A DNA stretch of 64,000 nt from a virus (Duplodnaviria; Caudoviricetes), in IMG/VR virus record IMGVR_UViG_2551306035_000001, positions 2,353-66,352 of that record; one strand, 5' to 3'. A model generated the notes under the pieces. The model saw only the letters and a list, made by a program, of their open reading frames with translations. It did not search any database and had not been told where the DNA came from. This document shows, piece by piece, positions 57,457 to 64,000 of this stretch. How positions within the stretch are numbered: the first letter of the stretch is position 1; each line of letters starts with the position of its first letter. The position numbers and the translations under genes were made by a program.

Positions 57457-58440
57457 TTGTCTGAGTTAGCTCTATTTAACAATGAGTGCAAAACTGTTTT
57501 TGGGCTAAACGGTTTCGATGAAGACAGTGCTACATATGCTTTAGGATGGACACTCAATAAGTCGCCCACACTCCTTAATCTTTTTCTTTCCAACATCTTC
57601 GTCAGCCTTCCCTTCGATGTAGAGAAGGTATCTATTGACCTTCAGAAATCAGATGGTAAAGGCTTCACAGATATCGAAATCAAGCAGCAAAGTGTATTCC
57701 ATATTATCGTCGAGGCTAAAAAAGGTTGGGTGTTACCAGGAAATGAGCAGCTTGAAAAATACCGTTCAAGATTTGATGCAGATGATGGGAACTACGTCGA
57801 GGCGTCGCGTGTATTTGTCTCGATGAGCGCAGCTTCAGAAGAATATGCTTCGCGAAGACTGGATGGCGATATAGGAGGTTATCCCCTTACGCATCAATCA
57901 TGGAAATCCGTTGTAGGACTTATTGAGAAAGCTGGTTCAACCACCAAGTCAGTCACTGAAAAACTGTGGTTGGGAGAATGTCAGGAACACTTGAAAGGAT
58001 ATATATCTATGACTAACCCTACAAGCAATCTGGCGTACTGCGTTGTGCTGTCGAAGAACTGTGTCGGGGAAGGGGAATACACGTGGGTAGATGTTGTTGA
58101 GAAAGACCTAAGTTATTTTCATCCTGTGGGTATTAAGGGGTGGCCAGTCAACCCGCCAAACTACATTGCATTCAGAAAAGACGGTGCTTTAATGTCCGTT
58201 CATCGTATCAATGAGTACAAAGTGGTCAGTAATGTGAGAGAGGAAAATGATAATTGGCCAGTCACTCAGGGGGACCATTTTGTATATAAACTCGGCAGTC
58301 CAATGAAACCCGAAAAAACGCTAAAGAATGGAAAGATTTACGCGACTGGACGGGTGTGGTGTGCGCTTGATACTCTTCTTTCTGGTGATTATGCAACGAT
58401 AGCTGATGCTAGGGATGAAACCCAACGAAGAATGGATTAA
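57457..58440 (+). CDS. PD-(D/E)xK nuclease-domain protein
   Basis: EDSATYALGW..FTDIEI..IIVEAKKGW; distinct beta-rich C-terminal domain. Confidence 0.6.
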   Translation: MSELALFNNECKTVFGLNGFDEDSATYALGWTLNKSPTLLNLFLSNIFVSLPFDVEKVSIDLQKSDGKGFTDIEIKQQSVFHIIVEAKKGWVLPGNEQLEKYRSRFDADDGNYVEASRVFVSMSAASEEYASRRLDGDIGGYPLTHQSWKSVVGLIEKAGSTTKSVTEKLWLGECQEHLKGYISMTNPTSNLAYCVVLSKNCVGEGEYTWVDVVEKDLSYFHPVGIKGWPVNPPNYIAFRKDGALMSVHRINEYKVVSNVREENDNWPVTQGDHFVYKLGSPMKPEKTLKNGKIYATGRVWCALDTLLSGDYATIADARDETQRRMD

Positions 58441-58756
58441 TGGCCTTTTAGGGGGGGGACGGAAGTGACCATGGATACCGGCTTTTATGCAATCAGCACA
58501 GAGGTTGAAGAGAGGGTCATCCAGCCTGCGAGGGCTAGGCTAGATGGGTTGGTCTATGGTGTCCATACTGAGAACCGAAAGTTTGTTCTTTCATTCTCTA
58601 GAGTGAGGGTTTCTCTTAGCCAGTTCTTTGCGTAGAGCTTGAAAAGGATCTTAAGATGATAAAAATGTGCGGTTATAGCTGCATTAATCATTAACAGAGG
58701 TATAATAATGAGTATGAAACTCTGTTTGATAGCGGATAGTTGTTTGATTAATTATA

Positions 58757-59824
58757 TTGAGTTACGTGATGAGATATAACTCTTCGCGAATACAACACGA
58801 CACACGTTCAATTACGATTGACGGCCTGATAGATATGGTGCAGGTAGGGCGGTTGGATCCTATGCCCGTAACTGAAGTTTTACCAAGGCTATCATTGAGC
58901 GCAATATCTCAAATTATTGAGTCTTTAATATTAGGCTTGCCTTCTGAAATAATATGGGCTCAGCAAAATAGATTTGGTAAAGTTCATTTGCTTTCAGGTT
59001 TTGATATTGTCTATAGCATATTGGAATTTAGGTTTCGTGGTCTAAGACTTAAGCGTTTGAAAGTTTTGAAGCACCTTGAAGGCCTGAGCTTTGAAGAAAT
59101 TGACTATGTTGAAATAAAGAACCTTCTTCAAATGGAGGTTAGCTTGGGTATGATATACAATGATTCTGACCCAATGCTGAAATGTTTGTTTGTTGATAGA
59201 GTAAATAGGCCATCCTATGGAAAACAATCAGCGCAGTTAGCTAGATCTGTTATTTTTATTGACGCTGAGTCTTTATTGCGAGATTTTACCATAAAATTAT
59301 TTGGTGACCTCTATGACGGTTCAATCCGAGAGTTGAGCTTTAATTCGAAGCAATTTAGAAAGCATTTTTTAAAAATACAAAACGAAATATTATATTGTTT
59401 ATTTTTGGTGATAATCAAAAACAAAGAGAGTTGGTCAATGAAGAATGTTGCAATGGAAAGCTATTCTCATTACCGAAGTAATCTTTCAAAGTACAGTGAC
59501 TATAAAAGTGCCGAAATTTCACTAAGCGATAGCTTGGAAATGGCTTTAAATAAAATCATGTTAATGTTGCAAATCGAACCAGTTAGTTTGGGCTTTGAAC
59601 TATCAGTAGTGGAAGATTACATATACAAAATAATGAAGAATGAAGATATAGACTTCCGAACTGTAGGGGCAAGTTTCTCTTATTCAAGTGTTATAGGAAG
59701 AGATAATAAATTTAGTCTCGTCGAATATTTCTATTCTTACTATCTAAATCAACGCCCTCATCGACTAAAGTTTAGCGTAGAAGATGAGGTTGGTGATCTT
59801 GTTGAGCGTTTTATCAATGTTTAA
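58757..59824 (+). CDS. DUF262/ParB-like protein (Menshen NsnA-like)
   Basis: IIESLILGLPSEIIW..LLSGFD..LKRLKVLKHLEG, a degenerate DUF262 pattern. Confidence 0.6.
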   Translation: MSYVMRYNSSRIQHDTRSITIDGLIDMVQVGRLDPMPVTEVLPRLSLSAISQIIESLILGLPSEIIWAQQNRFGKVHLLSGFDIVYSILEFRFRGLRLKRLKVLKHLEGLSFEEIDYVEIKNLLQMEVSLGMIYNDSDPMLKCLFVDRVNRPSYGKQSAQLARSVIFIDAESLLRDFTIKLFGDLYDGSIRELSFNSKQFRKHFLKIQNEILYCLFLVIIKNKESWSMKNVAMESYSHYRSNLSKYSDYKSAEISLSDSLEMALNKIMLMLQIEPVSLGFELSVVEDYIYKIMKNEDIDFRTVGASFSYSSVIGRDNKFSLVEYFYSYYLNQRPHRLKFSVEDEVGDLVERFINV

Positions 59825-60911
59825 AAATGTTGCGGTAAAGAATTTTAAGTGCTTCCCAGAGCATGATTTCAAATTAGCACCACTAACCATCTTCTGTGGC
59901 TCTAATTCTGCTGGAAAATCGACTGCTATCCAGTCAATTTTGAGCGTGATTCAAAATGTCAATAATATTGATGTTCAGCGTTTCGCTCTTAATGGGGAGC
60001 TTTTCTCATTTGGTCGGGTTAAAGACCTTTTATCACACACTCCGAATGGAGATAAGATAGAGATTTCGATAGACGATTTTAAATTGTCATTCGATGCAGG
60101 TCCAAGACAACTTGAATTAAAAGAACTGACTCTAGAAAATGAAAGTGTATCTGGTTTTGAAGAGTTAAAAAGAAAACTCTCAAATGACTTTGTGTATTTA
60201 TGTGCTGAGAGGTATGGCCCAAGAACAAGTTTCGAATCATCTGGGAATACCGAAAAAATCAATGTAGGTATATACGGTCAGTATGCCTTGTCTGAATACA
60301 AGAGGATGATGGAAAAACCGGCGCAAAATCAAGAGTTTGCGAGGGTTATGTGTGCTGATTTACTCAATGGTGAGAAGCCAACTGAAGAAATATTTACGGA
60401 TGTCCTTGTAAAGGAAACGATGAAGAGAATTTGTCCAAGCTTCTCAATGAAAGTTGTTGAAGCCGATGAAATTGACCGTGTTTACAACATGTATACATCG
60501 GGTCTTCAGTCTATGCGACCTAACAATGTTGGATTTGGTGTGAGTTATGTATTACCTATTATAATAAGCGCCGCTATATTGAAGCCTGGGGGATTGCTAA
60601 TCGTTGAGAATCCGGAGGTCCACTTACATCCTAGCGCCCAGTCGGCATTGATTAAAATTCTATGTGAACTATCTATGACAGGTATTCAAGTCATCGTCGA
60701 GACACATAGTGATCATATTGTTAACGGCATTCGAGTTTTTGCAAAAGATAATGATATGTTTTCAGAGGAAAATAATATTATTCATTCTGTTAGTGACCGA
60801 TTTGAAAAAAGAAGAATCAAAGAAATTCACGTTGACGAAGATGGTAACTTAACTGCACTTGATGCTGGTTTTTTTGATCAGATAAATAAAGACTTAATGA
60901 GGCTTTTTTAA
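59817..60911 (+). CDS. AAA/ABC ATPase with DUF3696 tail (Menshen NsnB-like)
   Basis: GSNSAGKST, GFGVSYVLP, IVENPEVHLHP, VETHSDH, GFFDQ; MFKN start overlaps upstream stop. Confidence 0.75.
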   Translation: MFKNVAVKNFKCFPEHDFKLAPLTIFCGSNSAGKSTAIQSILSVIQNVNNIDVQRFALNGELFSFGRVKDLLSHTPNGDKIEISIDDFKLSFDAGPRQLELKELTLENESVSGFEELKRKLSNDFVYLCAERYGPRTSFESSGNTEKINVGIYGQYALSEYKRMMEKPAQNQEFARVMCADLLNGEKPTEEIFTDVLVKETMKRICPSFSMKVVEADEIDRVYNMYTSGLQSMRPNNVGFGVSYVLPIIISAAILKPGGLLIVENPEVHLHPSAQSALIKILCELSMTGIQVIVETHSDHIVNGIRVFAKDNDMFSEENNIIHSVSDRFEKRRIKEIHVDEDGNLTALDAGFFDQINKDLMRLF

Positions 60912-61735
60912 TGGATGTTTCGATAAATGAACTTTCATTTAAAGGACAGTTTAAATCTATTGAAGAGTTTGTTGAGTGTTTGATAGACATCGCGAGTGCA
61001 ATCAAAGGGTATAATAATCTTTCAGATTATCAATCTCTAAAAAGGACAAAATTATTATTAAAACGGCCAGTCATTGGCGATAAAACACTTGACGAACTGA
61101 GGACAGAGCTTTTAAATTCAGAAGATAGTAAGGCGTCAGATGTATTAGGTCTTATACTTCAAAACTTAGTTGTTGGACCATTCTTTAAAGAAAAAGATTT
61201 TGACGCATTGTATGATGAGGCTGCTGCAAAGTGTGGTGAAAAGATAACTGGCACATCCTTACATGCCTATGTTTCTAGAAAAAGTGAATCTATTGAAGCT
61301 CTTATTTCGGCGAAGGGGACGGAAGTATATGATACATCTGAAATTGAATTCGAATGTGATCGCGGCTTTAAAACCACTCTTTTAAATTTTCAATCGGAAG
61401 GGTGTTTTCAACACTATAAAAGGTATTACGAGCCAAACCCAAAACATGAAATAAAAAAAGATAAATTGGTTGCTGGTGAAGTGAATACAAAAATGGATTT
61501 GGCACCTCAAGAAGCTCAAGAATGTTTGAATAACGGTGTGGGAATTATTGGGATCAAACAGATATTTTCATATCGCGGTGACCAATGGTATGAATTTCCT
61601 CCGCATCGAGATTGTTTGTATCATGGCTTTCCTATAGGGAATCCTCAGAATAACGCAGCAATTAATAGAATTATTCGTGTTTTTGGCGCTCCACCATACG
61701 CCGATTCTGGTTTTAAATTCTGTTTAAATGATTGA
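60911..61735 (+). CDS. Putative effector (Menshen NsnC position)
   Basis: 1-nt overlap with the ATPase; C-terminal YEPNPKH..YHGFP resembles small RNase toxin folds. Confidence 0.55.
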   Translation: MDVSINELSFKGQFKSIEEFVECLIDIASAIKGYNNLSDYQSLKRTKLLLKRPVIGDKTLDELRTELLNSEDSKASDVLGLILQNLVVGPFFKEKDFDALYDEAAAKCGEKITGTSLHAYVSRKSESIEALISAKGTEVYDTSEIEFECDRGFKTTLLNFQSEGCFQHYKRYYEPNPKHEIKKDKLVAGEVNTKMDLAPQEAQECLNNGVGIIGIKQIFSYRGDQWYEFPPHRDCLYHGFPIGNPQNNAAINRIIRVFGAPPYADSGFKFCLND

Positions 61736-61871
61736 TCACCAATGAACCTTTTCACCTAATTCCCTCTAAGCTGCCCGCACTACCTCGCGGGCATGGACAC
61801 TGAAACCCTTACCCTCAACAATGAACTTTCTTCGCTTGCTGTCAACGCGAGTGTTGGGCTCTTTCGTGTAA

Positions 61872-62054
61872 TCACCCAGTTCCTTCTAATTCATCCAATC
61901 TTGCCTCGTGGCCAAGAATGGCATTTGCCTGCTCTGATGGTTTTTTCAGCTTCTTTAGCGCACCATCAAGCATTAAGTCTAATGTGTCCACGCTCTTTGC
62001 TCGGCGGAAAAAGATCAGCCAATCAGTTTTGTCGCGGGGTGATTTAGTTGTCAT
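61872..62054 (-). CDS. Hha/YmoA-family H-NS modulator
   Basis: KTDWLIFFRRAKSVDTLDLML..AILGHEARLDEL parallels the Hha consensus. Confidence 0.7.
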   Translation of the reverse strand: MTTKSPRDKTDWLIFFRRAKSVDTLDLMLDGALKKLKKPSEQANAILGHEARLDELEGTG

Positions 62055-62554
62055 TTCAACACATCTCAATAGCAGTAATTACTGGGGTATTAGAAAACTT
62101 AAGTTCTGTTTTTGCTAGCGGATTATACCTTTTAGGCTGAGCTATAGCGCCATAATAAATCTTTGTTCAATCGGTGAGAGGTTAGAGCTTTGACGTCGAA
62201 AATTTCGATATTCAGAATGTGGGTTTGATTGTCTGTTTGGAAGAATCATCTATTAATACACAATATATGAAAAAAGATACAAAAAAGCCTTTTTGCCCAG
62301 TATCTTAGTCTTAACATGACGTGTAGTAGAACATGGTAGCGCGACATTCAGAGCTTTCTGTGACTAGAACTCTCTACTTTGTATGTGCCTTTGTTTCGTT
62401 TTCGAAGTGTATGAACAGCTTTAATCACAGTTGAAACATGATTTATAAAGCATACTTTACACTCAAAATCATAGCATCTAGTCCTTGCATGCCTTTGAAT
62501 ACACATCAACTATTAGAGATACCTTAAGTAGTAAATTAAGGACTCAATAAGACA

Positions 62555-62740
62555 ATGGACAAATCAGTTGGCAAAGGCAAACAAGAGGAAAGGATAGAGC
62601 GAGAAGCTCTCTGTGACGAGATTGATACCTTAATGGATTTAATGCTCGTTGAAGGGGAGCTCTCTGATGGAACTAAGATTTGGATACGCCGTACACTCAT
62701 GAAGTTAGTCAGTGCACTCGGTGTCAATAATCCAAAATGA
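62555..62740 (+). CDS. Hypothetical protein
   Basis: 61-aa helical ORF in an otherwise non-coding AT-rich stretch. Confidence 0.35.
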   Translation: MDKSVGKGKQEERIEREALCDEIDTLMDLMLVEGELSDGTKIWIRRTLMKLVSALGVNNPK

Positions 62741-63164
62741 TATTTGAGGCATTCCAGATTGGGATGCCTCAAGCATTTTATCTATAAAATCGTGTCTACC
62801 GACTCATTTTACCCAAACAGAAATCTGATATGAAAAATGACGATTTTGGCCTGAGAATCGTCGTTTTGAGCGGAAAAATCCCTCCAAAACTAGATGTAAG
62901 TTCTTGTCTTCTCAACACTCAAATTTCGTATTGATGTTTGCTGAAAGCCAGTTTTACTCAGCCTATCTATATGAATTTATGAAGTTAAGTCTGTAATTAG
63001 CCATAGTGATATACCTTTACGTGCAAAGACGGCGCGTTCTTCAATATTGCGAAGTAATTTGCCCACTTTGGTGTGATGTTAAAAGCGCTGGCATGTTGTC
63101 GGCGCTTTTTCGTTTTTAACGGAAGGTTATTGCTCTTATCTCACAGAATGATAAAAGTAGGTGC

Positions 63165-63579
63165 CTAAGTTGAATTCAGCTCTTCTCTCATCTTTTTCTG
63201 CATATGTAGGCCCAAGATAGCCACTTTTGGATGGTAGGTAGATATTCTTGCCCAACTACTCAACATGCTTTCCCTAAAACCCCGCCAAAACTTTCCCTCT
63301 AAAACGACAGTGATTTTTGGGTGAATAGCCACCTTTCTTTGTGGACCAATACTTGGTCGATAAATGGAGAAGGTAACGACTGACAACACCGGAAACACGA
63401 CATTGCTGAATGATCTCCCCTAAGGACATGCCAATGAGCGGGTTGGCGAGCCAGAGCGGGAATGCGAGTCTGGTTCTGCCTCCGCCTCCGCTTTTATTAA
63501 CGCTGACGAGCAGATGACCGTCTTTGACGTCAGCGAACCTCAGTTCACACAAGTTTTGCCGTCTAAGGCCGTTCAACAC
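63165..63579 (-). pseudogene. Tyrosine integrase C-terminal fragment (lambda-Int-like), frameshifted
   Basis: GLRRQNLCELRFADVKDGHLLV..KSG..LAFPL..MSLGEIIQQCR..SRYLLH; N-terminal half absent. Confidence 0.7.
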
Positions 63580-63667
63580 GGTCCAATGTCAGCACGTTCG
63601 CTATCAAAGACACCCAACAATCCAAACAGAAATGCCAAGTATTTGCGAATCACTGGAGGTAATTGCC
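63570..63667 (+). pseudogene. 3' end of a DUF6475-like gene from a second prophage
   Basis: caatgtcagcacg..aaagacacccaacaatc..gccaagt..gcgaatcact parallels ~6710-6800. Confidence 0.7.
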
Positions 63668-64000
63668 ATGCGCCATTACACACCATCACACCTGGAAATC
63701 AACGCGATGTCTCACGAGTTGTCTCAACATGGATACGACAGTTATTTGCGTCACATGAAAGCGCGTACCTCACTTAAAACGGATGACATCGTTCGCATGA
63801 TGGTTAAAGCCGCAGGCCTTACCGCGATTCAGGTTCGAAAATGGAAAAAGGACGGTATTGCCAACAAAGCATGCGCGAAGGCGCAGTGTAAATTGGCCGA
63901 GCGCCAAGGTGTTTGCTTTGGGGTTCACATGCTCTTGCCAACGAAGGCTGTCTGTCAGCAATGGCTAGCGCATGACCGTCATAACTTCAGTGGTCGATAG
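63668..64000 (+). CDS. Paralog of 6806-7138 in a second prophage remnant
   Basis: Colinear 110-aa ORF with scattered substitutions. Confidence 0.8.
   Translation: MRHYTPSHLEINAMSHELSQHGYDSYLRHMKARTSLKTDDIVRMMVKAAGLTAIQVRKWKKDGIANKACAKAQCKLAERQGVCFGVHMLLPTKAVCQQWLAHDRHNFSGR

Larger units (their letters stand above)
1..62054. mobile_element. Temperate prophage, lambdoid control region with 933W-like podoviral structural genes
   Basis: Switch, replication, Q, lysis, head, tail and ejection order is intact; left end is outside the window; right boundary uncertain (about 62.1-63.1 kb). Confidence 0.9.

Noticed and set aside
63010-63047. Possible duplicated 3' end of an integration target gene (YTFTCKDGAFFNIAK*, which runs a few codons past this interval)
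   Set aside because: I cannot identify the gene, and attL is outside the window, so it cannot be tested here.
63056-63084. dif-like site (atttgcccact-ttggtg-tgatgttaaaa)
   Set aside because: The XerD arm is partly similar but the XerC arm matches poorly; it sits next to a terminator and is probably chance.
1-64000. tRNA, rRNA, retron or DGR elements
   Set aside because: No cloverleaf, rRNA-like sequence, reverse transcriptase or template/variable repeat pair was seen by eye. A tRNAscan/Rfam run would be needed to exclude small RNAs.

Overview
The window is almost entirely a temperate prophage from a Gammaproteobacterium. The CTGT-N8-ACAG SOS boxes support that class; a Vibrionaceae-like host is only my inference. 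The left end (integrase, attL) lies outside the window. Gene order: leftward early genes (HNH, Rad52/Sak-like annealase), cI/cro switch with matching operators, replication genes with an internal iteron origin, nin-like genes and a Q-like antiterminator (to 8968). A ~14 kb cargo island follows (9.0-23.2 kb), then lysis genes and a 933W/Stx-phage-like podoviral head-tail-ejection module ending in a ~2770-aa PLxRFG polyvalent protein (to 53791). A second cargo island (54-62 kb) holds several nucleases, a Menshen-like operon and an Hha-like gene. The window ends in a deleted remnant of a second, related prophage. The first island holds a short Lamassu (ABC-3C) system, umuD with an internally deleted umuC, and a HelD-like helicase. 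It also holds the two most unusual structures. (1) An array of single AT-rich genes, each separated by a copy of an unexplained ~120-200 bp repeat that looks like a hairpin plus promoter unit. (2) A Pyocin_S-type nuclease toxin/immunity pair bracketed by a ~150 bp duplication of what looks like the Q-dependent late promoter, in the position stx occupies in Shiga-toxin phages. All family names come from motif recognition by eye; no database search was run. No rRNA, tRNA or CRISPR array was seen.
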